This document shows, one piece after another, positions 1 to 9,227 of a stretch of DNA of 64,000 nt. The DNA comes from Gemmatimonadota bacterium (GTDB lineage Bacteria; Gemmatimonadota; Gemmatimonadetes; Gemmatimonadales; Gemmatimonadaceae), in assembly GCA_040389905.1 (NCBI GenBank), contig JAZJZK010000012.1, positions 158,929 to 222,928 of the forward strand. Direction: 5' to 3'. Under the pieces are notes generated by a model. It saw nothing but the letters and a program-made list of their open reading frames with translations. It did no database searches and was not told the origin of the DNA. The stretch's first letter is position 1, and each line of letters opens with the position of its first letter. A program made the position numbers and the translations under genes.

Positions 1-147
1 CGCAGCCCGACACTGACGTGCGCAACGACGGGAGCACCCGGTCTCGGCCCCACGAGCGCTGTCAGAGCCATGGTCTAGGCAGCTTGCTGAATGCATGCAT
101 ATCCGCAATGTTGCGTGCAGAGACATGGACTCCCACTGGAGAGAACG

Positions 148-906
148 ATGGGCACCAAGACCGGCATCGAGTGGACCGACGCAACCTGGAACCCGATGAC
201 GGGCTGCACGAAAATCTCTACCGGCTGTGATCACTGCTACGCGCACACGCTCTCGCAGACGAAGACTCGCGAGGTATACCTGAAACATGCGCCGGTAAGG
301 AACACGCCGGAAAACATTTCAGATCCCTTCGCTCCGCGATTTTGGGAAGAGCGGCTCGATCAGCCGCTTCGTTGGCGCCAACCGAAGCGTGTCTTCGTCA
401 ACTCTATGTCCGATGTGTTTCATGCACACTTCTCGCTCGCGCAGATTCAACGTGTATTTGAAGTGATGGTCGAGGCGCCGCAGCATCAATTTCAGGTACT
501 TACCAAGCGGCCAGAACGGGCGTTACGCTTCGCGGACGATCTTCCGTGGGCCTCGAATATCTGGATTGGCACGTCGATCGAGGACATGAAGGTCGCCAAA
601 CGTGCCGACTTTCTCCGCGGCATCAAGGCCGCTGCGGTTCGGTTCATCTCCGCTGAGCCACTCCTGGGTTCCCTTGATCAGCTTGACCTCACGGACATCG
701 AGTGGGTAATCGGCGGTGGCGAAAGTGGCTCTGGCCACCGAAGGGTCGATGCTGCGTGGGCAATCGGCCTACGCGATAATTGCGAGCGCAGCGGTGCTGC
801 ATTCTTCTGGAAACAATGGGGTGGACATACGCCGAAGGCAGGCGGGCGGCTCCTCGAAGGAAGAACACACGACGCGTATCCGGTAGATCTAGTTGCTGCT
901 GGGTAG
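148..906 (+). CDS. DUF5131 family (phage Gp37/Gp68-like, three-Cys motif) protein
   Basis: IEWTDATWNP-x2-GCTKISTGCDHCYA, FVNSMSDVFH, LTKRP, SAEPLLG, WVIGGGESG and FFWKQWGG motifs; GGAGAG RBS before ATG 148. Confidence 0.92.
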   Translation: MGTKTGIEWTDATWNPMTGCTKISTGCDHCYAHTLSQTKTREVYLKHAPVRNTPENISDPFAPRFWEERLDQPLRWRQPKRVFVNSMSDVFHAHFSLAQIQRVFEVMVEAPQHQFQVLTKRPERALRFADDLPWASNIWIGTSIEDMKVAKRADFLRGIKAAAVRFISAEPLLGSLDQLDLTDIEWVIGGGESGSGHRRVDAAWAIGLRDNCERSGAAFFWKQWGGHTPKAGGRLLEGRTHDAYPVDLVAAG

Positions 907-2079
907 GACCTGGGGGTTGCTCGTAGCGTCGGAGAGCGTGAGCATAGTGCCCTCGGATAGGTTAGAGGCAACGAGCGAACTGAGCGCACCGCACTTCACC
1001 AGTCGGCGAACCGCTGCCTTATGGTGCATCTCCCGGAAGTCGGGCCCGAAGAGCGCAGCCAGCTCGGCGCGCAGGTCAATGAACTTCATCGACCGGCCCT
1101 CCGAGACCAGGGTGCTGACGATCGCCCGGTCCAATGCGTCCAACGGATAGCGCGGTTCCCGAGGTGGTTCGGCGATGTGATCGAAGATCGATACCTGCCC
1201 GCGTTTGCGATCCTTCGCCTTCACTGTGTCCTCGTACAGTGAGTCTTCTGTCGTAGACACCGCATCGTTCAGGAATGCCGCCCCGTGCGAGCTATCGGTT
1301 CCGTGAATCAAGAAATACTTCGGTGCGGCGGGGTACTGCGGTCGAATAGGTATCACCTGGACATACTTGAATCGAGCCCAGAAAAGGTTGAGATAGGAGG
1401 CAAGCAATTGCATCTGATCCGGTGGCTCTGCCGGATCCTCTTCCATCGCGTCGATGAGCTGCTGCGTGTCCACATTGAGACGCTCGAGCAATCGCTGAAA
1501 GCTCTTCGCCGTCTTCTCCTGCGTGGCGGACCGGTCGCGTTTGCGGAGCCACCCTGTGAAGCGCGCCATGAGCCCCGGATCGATCCGCGCAAGTACTTCC
1601 GTCGACGTTCCCTTCCGTCCGGCGAGAATTGGGGAAACGTGCTCAACCACCATGTCCTTCAGGCCGTACGGATCGATAAAGAAGAGCGTTGGTTTCCCGC
1701 GTACGGCCGCCAGTATCGCGGGCATCGCCTCGAAGTATTGCTGTTCGTAGACCACCGCACAGGGAGGCCGCAGTGCGAGGTAGGGTTTCAGCGCGATTCG
1801 AAGCTTTGCCGCAGTCTCGGGCACGGCCTCGCATGCATAGACGACGAGTCGGCCGCGATCATTGGCCGAGAGAAACTCGTCGTTCCACTGGGCCGCGAGG
1901 AGTGGAGAGCCCACAGCGCCGTCATCATATCGGCCCTCCCCGGCGCATGTATCCACAAAGGCGAGCTCACGGTACCCGTGAGACAACTTGTAGACCCAGA
2001 TGCGCACGTATTTTTCGAGGATCTGATGCTTGTATTTACTCCATTCCTTCCGGCGCTCGAAAAAAGGATCGGGGCTCAC
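889..2079 (-). CDS. tcmP: three-Cys-motif partner protein (TcmP-like, methyltransferase-like fold)
   Basis: WSKYKHQILEKY, FVDTCAGEG, GSPL and FFIDPYG motifs; adjacent to DUF5131. Confidence 0.8.
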   Translation of the reverse strand: MSPDPFFERRKEWSKYKHQILEKYVRIWVYKLSHGYRELAFVDTCAGEGRYDDGAVGSPLLAAQWNDEFLSANDRGRLVVYACEAVPETAAKLRIALKPYLALRPPCAVVYEQQYFEAMPAILAAVRGKPTLFFIDPYGLKDMVVEHVSPILAGRKGTSTEVLARIDPGLMARFTGWLRKRDRSATQEKTAKSFQRLLERLNVDTQQLIDAMEEDPAEPPDQMQLLASYLNLFWARFKYVQVIPIRPQYPAAPKYFLIHGTDSSHGAAFLNDAVSTTEDSLYEDTVKAKDRKRGQVSIFDHIAEPPREPRYPLDALDRAIVSTLVSEGRSMKFIDLRAELAALFGPDFREMHHKAAVRRLVKCGALSSLVASNLSEGTMLTLSDATSNPQVLPSSN

Positions 2080-2332
2080 ACTGCCCCCTGGATGATCAGT
2101 TGTGTCGCCATTGGGGGCTCCTATCGCACGGTGTGACGACGTGGGGCATATGCTTCACAGTTCGACGCCCGGCCCGACGGTAATGGCCTTCGCTCACGAC
2201 TGCCGTCACATCATGGGGAATCTGCTCGGCGGCTCGAGGAGTCGCCACGCGCCTACGGCCCAGAGAGTGTGTGCAGCCGCAAACCGCTTGTCCACTGCAT
2301 CCACCTCTGAAGACAGACGCCAGCGCAGTCGT

Positions 2333-3979
2333 TTAAGCGCCCGTGAAGAGGTGGCCGACTAACCACGCAAGCGCTCGCCACACCCCATATCCGAGCCACC
2401 CCATCGCGAGAAGTACAAGCATGGCGACCGGCAAGGTTATGAGTAGCAGATTGACAGTGTACCTCCACGCGGAGCTGTGGACGGGCAGGCGACCAATCGG
2501 TAAGACACGTGCGGCAGCAGCAATCAGCTGCTGGGCGACGATCCTCTGGTTGGCGTTAGCCTTTTGGATGATATCGTGGGCGCGCGTCCACTCGGGAGCG
2601 AGTCCTTCTGCGTACCACTCGGCCGGAGGCAATCCGTTGCATACCACATCTGGCATAGCTTGCTTCACCATCAGGTCCGCGACGAAGTATCCCTGCGCGA
2701 TCAGCAGCTCGAAGACGTCGGCCTCCAAGGCATCGAGGTCGGTGCGGACACGCGACAGTTCCGAAACCAAGGAGGGCTCAAGGCCTCGATAGCGCGGGGG
2801 CACGTCGATCCCGCCGTCCTCGGGCGCGGCGAACATGTTCCGCGCCAGGTCAGCGCGATGAAGAAGCACCTGTGCACAGGCAGTGAACTGCACGCCGCGT
2901 GCGGGCGACCCAATTGCCGTCAGCGCCTCCGCTTCCGCCGCCGCGGCTGTCAGTGCTTCGCGCACATCTCCTGGCACACCGCTCGCCGCAGTTTTCCGGA
3001 GAGATCTCCCGAGCAATCGCAGACGTGTGGCCGCCTCAGTTGGATGCACGCCATGCGTCATTTCGTGCGCGAGTTGCCGCGTAGTGGCGCCAAGACGGTC
3101 ATGCACCACTTCGACAATTCGCAGAAGGCGTGCTGGGCCAAAGCCATCTGCATACTCACGCTCTGGAGGCGCTGCCCCAGAAATGACCACATGCGTGATC
3201 TTGTGACCGCGAAGTGCATTAACCCCTTCATTGTCGTAGAGACCTCCATCTACCAGTTGAAAGCGTACGGAGCCCGAGGGCGCGCCATATCGCTCGCGCC
3301 ATCGGCTGACTGTACCTGGTCGCTCAACTGGCGGGCGCTCCCACCGTCCCTCGCTAAGCAGGTCGCCCCGCATTCGCTCCCACCGTGTATCGAAAGCGTA
3401 GGAATCCGTCAGTCCCGGATAGGCGGCCGATGCGGCGACTGCATCGGCGACTCGGATTCCTCTAGTGCGGTCGGTCGCGCCAGCGAGGTAGTCACCGGCG
3501 CGATCCGCCATGAATCGCCAACCTTTCCCAGTGCGGAGGTTCGTAGCATTGATCGCGATCCACAAGGGCAGCTGGTCAAGCGTAGCTCCTTTGAACATCC
3601 GACGGTCGAGTTCCTCAGCTATCAATCCGGTCCGGGACGCTCGCGACGAAACCATTGATCGCAAGGTTCGCAGGGCTCGTCTTGGCGTTCCTAGGAGCGC
3701 GCGCGACCGCAGGTTGTCGAGCAGAAGCGACTCGATCTCGACGATAAGCTCATCGACCGCGTAGCTTCCCGGCGCACCGCCAGATTGTGCGCAGCGCAAT
3801 GCGTAGAGTGCACCCGTTATGGAACCACCTGATACCGTCGACAACGCCTCGATGCGCGCAAGCACGCCGAGTTCCTCGAGGCGCTTGAGCACGCCGAGAT
3901 GGTATGCGGCAGCGCGAAACCCGCCGCCCGACAGTGCGAGCCCGAGATGCACCCGCGCGGCCGGCGCGCTTAGAGCCAT
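2333..3979 (-). CDS. patatin-like phospholipase with C-terminal transmembrane segment
   Basis: LALSGGGFRA, STVSGGS nucleophile, AASAAYPG, DGGLYDN; hydrophobic C-terminus; start placed at ATG 3979 after the upstream stop. Confidence 0.9.
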   Translation of the reverse strand: MALSAPAARVHLGLALSGGGFRAAAYHLGVLKRLEELGVLARIEALSTVSGGSITGALYALRCAQSGGAPGSYAVDELIVEIESLLLDNLRSRALLGTPRRALRTLRSMVSSRASRTGLIAEELDRRMFKGATLDQLPLWIAINATNLRTGKGWRFMADRAGDYLAGATDRTRGIRVADAVAASAAYPGLTDSYAFDTRWERMRGDLLSEGRWERPPVERPGTVSRWRERYGAPSGSVRFQLVDGGLYDNEGVNALRGHKITHVVISGAAPPEREYADGFGPARLLRIVEVVHDRLGATTRQLAHEMTHGVHPTEAATRLRLLGRSLRKTAASGVPGDVREALTAAAAEAEALTAIGSPARGVQFTACAQVLLHRADLARNMFAAPEDGGIDVPPRYRGLEPSLVSELSRVRTDLDALEADVFELLIAQGYFVADLMVKQAMPDVVCNGLPPAEWYAEGLAPEWTRAHDIIQKANANQRIVAQQLIAAAARVLPIGRLPVHSSAWRYTVNLLLITLPVAMLVLLAMGWLGYGVWRALAWLVGHLFTGA

Positions 3980-4007
3980 CCCTGACGCTCCGAACTCACT
4001 CCAGTGC

Positions 4008-6317
4008 TCACCCCAGGTCAATAATTGCACCGTCCGGCCGCAAGATGGTCGGCTGTCGTCCGACCGGCATGCTCGCGACGAACGTCGAGATGCCACTGTC
4101 ACCGACGATCATCATTACGGCTGGCAAATCATCTGCATCAAGCGCCTCCGTGATCCAGACGAACACCTTCATATCGTCCGCCGAGGGAAGCGGCGCACAG
4201 CCCTCCGGGTGCGAGTGCCACTCACCGATATAGTGGAGCTGCCCTGCCGTTGCCTCGCGCACACGCTCCACCTCCGCGATCAATCCCGCAGCTCCACGAA
4301 TGTAAAGCGTGGGCCACTCCTGGCTATCGGGCGGCGAGGGGATTGTGTCCACCACATAGACAACTCGACGGGCTACGTCGACGGCACCCAGGAGTACACC
4401 GCCGGTCTCGCTCGGCAGCTTCGCTATGCGTAGTTCGCGAAGGCGCGCGAGCAGGCCCTCGTCCGTCACGATGCGCCAGTCTCCGACGGAGACGTCAAAT
4501 ACCGGATGCACCGCCACCTCGACAGACTGGACCCCAAGCGAGGACTCATTGAGTCGCCACACCCGGATCACGGCGCCAGTCTCGTCGACCACGCGTTCCA
4601 AAGCCTGTGCCCCGAGTGCCGCGAGAGCGGTGACGCGTGCATGGGGTAGCTGACTGCTCACGTCGCGGCAGGATCTACCGTAGCGCTGACGATTGACCGC
4701 CCCCCGTAACGTGCCGGCAAGCGCGGGCTCATGGCTGATCGCACGGTAGTACTGCATCTCAAGCGCATCCAGGCGTACAGCTCGATTGGTTGACTCCGCG
4801 AGAAGCACGAGGTCCGTGCCCATGGGATTGAGGAAGAGCGAGATCCGGCGCGGAGGCGCGGTCACGTCACGCGCGAGCGCACGGGCCACGGCAACCGACG
4901 CAGACATGTCGACAATAGAAACGGCGTTTGCGTACGCTTGCTCCAACGTCGCACGCTGTTCACCAGGTGCAAGCATATTGGTGACGATTGAACGGTGCAG
5001 GTCGCCGTCCGCTGCGGCGTCGCGCATTACACCTGAAGCAACGCCAATTGCCTTGGCGAACCCCACCGCACTATTGCCGAGCGCGTGACGCGCGACGTTG
5101 TGCGGCAGGAATACATCGCCGTCCACCACAGTCCAACGACCGAATGCGGTGCGCGCCACAAACCCGAGCACTTGCGATCCGAGAGCGCCGGCCCCGATGG
5201 CGACGAAAGGTCTGTCGTCAACGTCGCGCCGTCCGTTGAACCGCGCTCCGTCTTCCCGGCGATGTTGGAAATATGCATAGAGAGGCAAGACGCTGATGGA
5301 CGAGCCCCCATCGCCACCTCCGGGTCCGAGGATAGTTCCCAGTCCATGTGGGGTCGCCTCCCACAAGCCCAGTGACTTCCCTACATCCGCAATGGATTCG
5401 ACTGTGAGGAATGCCCATGGCTGCTCGATTTCTGGCTCCACACTGTCATCACGCCGCAACGGCACCATGACCACAATTGCGACTTGTGCGTCGAGGCCGA
5501 TGCCCTCCTGCTTCCATTCTCGTAGCACAGCGGCCAACTGAGCGCGCAGGTCATCTTCCGGGGTCAAGAGTTCATGCAGGTTCGCAAGCGTCCCGGGCGC
5601 CCGGCGAATAGCGCCGTGCGTACGCGGGGTCGTTCGAACACACGCGACCACGAATCGACGCTCGCCCTGCTGAACCTGGTCTGGTGGCACCGCGACGAGC
5701 ACCTGGAGGCCACCGATCTGGCCGCGCCGCTCCAGACCTAGCGCCGCATTCTCTTTCCGCAGGATGTTCGGCAGGATGATCCACCCAGCGCCGCCCAGCA
5801 TCAGCGGCTCGAGCGGCTGATCCGCCGCGTGGAGTTCGCCGCGTGAAGTCAACCGAAGCCACTCGCGCACCAGCGTAACGAACCGGCCCGGCGTCCAGGC
5901 GGCGCGGAGTTCGTCGAACGCCACGTCGAAAAGGCAGAGGCTGCGCGGGTACTCGTACTCTCGAAGGTTTACATGCGAAACGTCGCGCGGAAAGTCTTCG
6001 CGCAGGGCAAACGTTTCGGGCGGAGGCAGTTCACCTTCGTCCGCCTGCGGCGCCACAAACCACGCGCCAATTCGCTCCACAAGCCGGATGTCGTGTGCCG
6101 TGCGTTGCGGTGTCTCCACTTCGACCTCCATGATCACGAGATCGCCCGCAGAGCCGCGCCGACAATCGATCAGGCGGGCGAACGGTATCCCCGCGATGAG
6201 ACGCCGCGCTAAGGTGCGCGCGTCTTCGCGTCGGAGGCCATCGGGTTCGCATACGAAAGGCGCGAGCCCGAGCAGATCGAGTCGCGCAACTGCCGACGGC
6301 GCGATGGGGACGGTCAC
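4008..6317 (-). CDS. prokaryotic E2 (family A) - E1/ThiF - JAB fusion (Cap2+Cap3-like)
   Basis: E2 HVN...SLCLF; ThiF GAGALGS, DGD, HNVARH, RYGRSC; JAB ETGG...GEWHSHP...PSADD. Confidence 0.92.
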   Translation of the reverse strand: MTVPIAPSAVARLDLLGLAPFVCEPDGLRREDARTLARRLIAGIPFARLIDCRRGSAGDLVIMEVEVETPQRTAHDIRLVERIGAWFVAPQADEGELPPPETFALREDFPRDVSHVNLREYEYPRSLCLFDVAFDELRAAWTPGRFVTLVREWLRLTSRGELHAADQPLEPLMLGGAGWIILPNILRKENAALGLERRGQIGGLQVLVAVPPDQVQQGERRFVVACVRTTPRTHGAIRRAPGTLANLHELLTPEDDLRAQLAAVLREWKQEGIGLDAQVAIVVMVPLRRDDSVEPEIEQPWAFLTVESIADVGKSLGLWEATPHGLGTILGPGGGDGGSSISVLPLYAYFQHRREDGARFNGRRDVDDRPFVAIGAGALGSQVLGFVARTAFGRWTVVDGDVFLPHNVARHALGNSAVGFAKAIGVASGVMRDAAADGDLHRSIVTNMLAPGEQRATLEQAYANAVSIVDMSASVAVARALARDVTAPPRRISLFLNPMGTDLVLLAESTNRAVRLDALEMQYYRAISHEPALAGTLRGAVNRQRYGRSCRDVSSQLPHARVTALAALGAQALERVVDETGAVIRVWRLNESSLGVQSVEVAVHPVFDVSVGDWRIVTDEGLLARLRELRIAKLPSETGGVLLGAVDVARRVVYVVDTIPSPPDSQEWPTLYIRGAAGLIAEVERVREATAGQLHYIGEWHSHPEGCAPLPSADDMKVFVWITEALDADDLPAVMMIVGDSGISTFVASMPVGRQPTILRPDGAIIDLG

Positions 6318-7438
6318 CCTGCCCGCGGTGCCTGCGTACTGACGGCCGCGAAACCCACCGAACCCCCGGGCTTCTTGACCGTCGCGCCACGCCAGTCGAT
6401 CTCGATCGCTAGGGGCGCCGGCGCCGCGATCGAGGGGTGCTCCATCGTTACGACATACTCCCCCGACTTGTGCCGCGCGATGCGTTTGTAGTAATTGGCC
6501 GCCTGACGATGCGGCGGCTGGTCGTCGTCATCGTTGCTTGGAATCGGTTTGCTGGAGGAAACTAGCCGCGGCTTGATGTCGCCATATGTCTCGTAGAGAT
6601 CAGCAACATCCGAATCGGGCTTCGTCTCGGTGGTCCCCTTCTCCGGCCCGAGCGATTTGTAGCTGCTATGGTGCGGCAGCTTCACAATGTCCCATTTGAG
6701 CCGATCAATGCGGCCGTGGAACCTTGTGATCCGCACGAAGTCCGCGATGCACTCGTAGGTCGTGTCGCCCATGAGCATCGCGCGGGTCGTACCGCCACCG
6801 TCGCGAAAGGACGCTTGGAAGATAAGGCAGTTAGTGTTGCGGTCGTCAAACGTGCCGTCATCCTGCCGATGGGCGAATGGCGAGTGGACGAACATCTCCA
6901 GTCCTTTCGTGTTATTCGGCTCCCACCCAGGCACGTAGAGTCCAGCATCCGTGATAAGGTGCTGGCGCGAAGTGAGTGTGAGCCCCCTGCTGTTCAGCCA
7001 CGCTTCGAGCTTCGCAGGCCGAGAGAACACGCGAACGCGCTCGCCCTTCTCCAAGCGATAGCGCGCCTCGGCCCGGAGGATCTTCCCGTCTTCGCAAAGA
7101 TCCTCTTTCGTCTCCGTGATCGCCCACGCGGGCACCCAGAGCTCGTCGATTTTGATGCGGCCGTCACCCTGGTACTTGGAAGCATGTTCCAGCCAGAAGA
7201 ACGACGCAGCTCCGCATACGTGATCGTCGTCGAAGTGGGTGAAGGCAACGACGTCGAAGCGATCACGCCCCGCTGCCTTCAGGTCGGCGCGCAGTTCATC
7301 AGGCAATTTCGCGCGCTTGTCCGTCGGGTCTGTCGCGCACCGCATGTCCGCGTAGTCGAAGAGAAGCTTCTGCCCGCCGGGAAGGTCAACGCGGTATGTA
7401 TCCGCGTTGCCTAGAGGATACAGTGTGATCGTCGACAT
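6314..7438 (-). CDS. metallo-beta-lactamase-fold hydrolase with C-terminal Gly tail
   Basis: LGNADT, THFDDDHVCG, LMGDT, KLPHHSS; ends STQAPRAG; GGAGG RBS; 4-bp overlap with the E2-E1-JAB gene. Confidence 0.9.
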   Translation of the reverse strand: MSTITLYPLGNADTYRVDLPGGQKLLFDYADMRCATDPTDKRAKLPDELRADLKAAGRDRFDVVAFTHFDDDHVCGAASFFWLEHASKYQGDGRIKIDELWVPAWAITETKEDLCEDGKILRAEARYRLEKGERVRVFSRPAKLEAWLNSRGLTLTSRQHLITDAGLYVPGWEPNNTKGLEMFVHSPFAHRQDDGTFDDRNTNCLIFQASFRDGGGTTRAMLMGDTTYECIADFVRITRFHGRIDRLKWDIVKLPHHSSYKSLGPEKGTTETKPDSDVADLYETYGDIKPRLVSSSKPIPSNDDDDQPPHRQAANYYKRIARHKSGEYVVTMEHPSIAAPAPLAIEIDWRGATVKKPGGSVGFAAVSTQAPRAG

Positions 7439-7570
7439 TTGTGCACCTCCCTCTTAGTGAGGGAGCGCCGGGAGGAACGTCGGCGCCCCTATGACTTAAG
7501 TCTCGCTCGTTTCGAGAGTTGCCCCGCGACGGCCCCAAATAGAGGCGGCCGTTTGCACTTGGGCATGTCC

Positions 7571-8026
7571 TTACGTGCCTGACAGAAGTAGCGGCAGGCC
7601 CATTGGCGTCATGCCGTCGAGAACAAGGTGAGACGCGTAACCGGCCATTGACCCAAGAATCGCCGCTACCGCAAGCCGCCACAGACGCGCATTGAGCATC
7701 TCATTGCGCCACGCATCAGAATCCTTCGCGAGCGTCGCGGCACGCCGCTCGCACTGCGCTGCCTGGTCAAGACAATGGGCGTGGTGGCGAGCACGGGCGA
7801 GTGCACCGATGCCTGCGGCTGCCGCCAAGCTGTGTGCCGTGCTTCGATGACGTGGATTCAAAGCCGGCTCGATCAGGTCGGGGAGCAGTGCACTACCCGA
7901 TGCGCTCAGCGTGCATGCCAGGACATGTGCGAAGCGGTCCTTCTCTTCAAAGAGGGTCATCGTCGCGAGGCCAGTCACGAGGCCTGCGATGGCTCCAGCA
8001 GCAAGGTGAGTTTTCTTGTTGGGCAT
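7571..8026 (-). CDS. YdjM-like metal-dependent membrane hydrolase
   Basis: TH, LPDLIEP, HRSTAHS and SHLVLD...TPMGLP motifs with hydrophobic helices. Confidence 0.8.
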   Translation of the reverse strand: MPNKKTHLAAGAIAGLVTGLATMTLFEEKDRFAHVLACTLSASGSALLPDLIEPALNPRHRSTAHSLAAAAGIGALARARHHAHCLDQAAQCERRAATLAKDSDAWRNEMLNARLWRLAVAAILGSMAGYASHLVLDGMTPMGLPLLLSGT

Positions 8027-8032
8027 AAGGAC

Positions 8033-8263
8033 TCAGCGACCCTGTGTGGCGACCACTAACCGCCAACGAATGGCGGAGCGGTTCGAGTGCTGATGATGGT
8101 TCTGGGGTGGTAGGGGGTTACCCTTGTTCGAGGCGACTTCGTGGGCGCACCCCTCGCATCGATAGATCCCCGAGTTGTCGGTGTTGGCCCCTGGTGTTTG
8201 AACGACATCGAACGCCGACGCCGTAGATTGCGACAAGTATCCAGAGTTCTTGTAGAGCGCCAT
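8033..8263 (-). CDS. small YjzC-like zinc-finger protein
   Basis: PG...SGIYRCEGC...PLPPQNHHQH...WRL; GGAGAGAGG RBS before ATG 8263. Confidence 0.75.
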   Translation of the reverse strand: MALYKNSGYLSQSTASAFDVVQTPGANTDNSGIYRCEGCAHEVASNKGNPLPPQNHHQHSNRSAIRWRLVVATQGR

Positions 8264-8338
8264 CCTCTCCTCCGTGAGTGGGCGCATCACCGAGATGGGC
8301 CCGTGCACGAAGGCTAAGTAGAGAGGGGCGGCAGGTCG

Positions 8339-8378
8339 TGGACGGAAGTTGGACGGAAATGGACCGCCGTTTCCGTCA
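8339..8378. promoter_or_regulatory. tandem TGGAC(GGAA) repeats, candidate response-regulator operator
   Basis: TGGAC at 8339, 8350 and 8360 (10-11 bp spacing) plus inverted TTTCCGTC at 8370, in the gap upstream of the 8263 operon. Confidence 0.45.
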
Positions 8379-9227
8379 AATCAATGCGACTGTCGACGCC
8401 AGGACGCCAGAAAGGCGTGCAATTTCGGCGTGGCTGCGGCCCGCAAGCCAAGTCGTATTGATCTTCCCGATCGCAATTGCATCAGATAGAGCGTAGGTGC
8501 CGCCATCGTTCACGATGACAGTCGTCGGATCTTCGAAAGCAGCAAGTAGCACCTTTCGGAGTCGGTCAACCCGCTTATAGGCGATCTGCGCGTTGTTTCC
8601 GAAGTCGCTTAGTGCTACTGGCCGTCCATTCGCTCGCCCGAGCAGGAGATGCAGCAGCACACACAGCTCCGAATCCGTCAATTGGAAGTCGCGGCCGCCG
8701 AGTGTCAAGACGGTCCGCCCTTTTATTGACCGACCGGTGATCTCGAGAATGACCCCGACGGTCGTAGAGACGGTCGCGTCACCACACGAACCATGCTGCT
8801 CACGACCGCTCTTTCGGAGTGCCTCGCCCACTCTGCGAACGACATCCGCCTCGCTGTATGGCTTTTGGATGATATCGTCGGCCTCAAGCTTCATCAGCTC
8901 CACCGCTTCCTGCACTTCATTCGCGTGCCCACTGACAACGATTATCGGGAGCCAGACGGTTTGCATTCGGGGACTGCCGAAGCGTTTGCGAATATCGGCC
9001 AGCAACGAGATTCCGACATTCGCTCGACCTTTGATGTGCTGCGCGCTGCTGGGAATGCTGAGGTCGAGAAGTACCACGCAAGGCGTATGCGACTCCAAAA
9101 ACACGAGCGCTGCGTCGCGCGTCGCTGCGATGGTCGGATCACAGTCCATCGAACGGAGAATATCCGCGAGGTCCTCAGCGGTCGGCGGATGATCCTCAAC
9201 GATCAGTGCACAGTGAGGAGTGCTCAT
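8376..9227 (-). CDS. response regulator (REC + winged-helix-like output)
   Basis: LIVEDH, LLDLSIP, VVSGH, IQKP; C-terminal LTDSELCVLLHL...VDRLRKVL...GGTYAL. Confidence 0.85.
   Translation of the reverse strand: MSTPHCALIVEDHPPTAEDLADILRSMDCDPTIAATRDAALVFLESHTPCVVLLDLSIPSSAQHIKGRANVGISLLADIRKRFGSPRMQTVWLPIIVVSGHANEVQEAVELMKLEADDIIQKPYSEADVVRRVGEALRKSGREQHGSCGDATVSTTVGVILEITGRSIKGRTVLTLGGRDFQLTDSELCVLLHLLLGRANGRPVALSDFGNNAQIAYKRVDRLRKVLLAAFEDPTTVIVNDGGTYALSDAIAIGKINTTWLAGRSHAEIARLSGVLASTVALI

Noticed and set aside
1285..3658. Plus-strand ORFs 1285-2136 and 2564-3658
   Set aside because: Antisense to tcmP and patatin; no motifs
2333..7438. Calling the locus CBASS or Pycsar
   Set aside because: No CD-NTase or cyclase motifs in any neighbouring ORF; the Gly-tailed partner is an MBL
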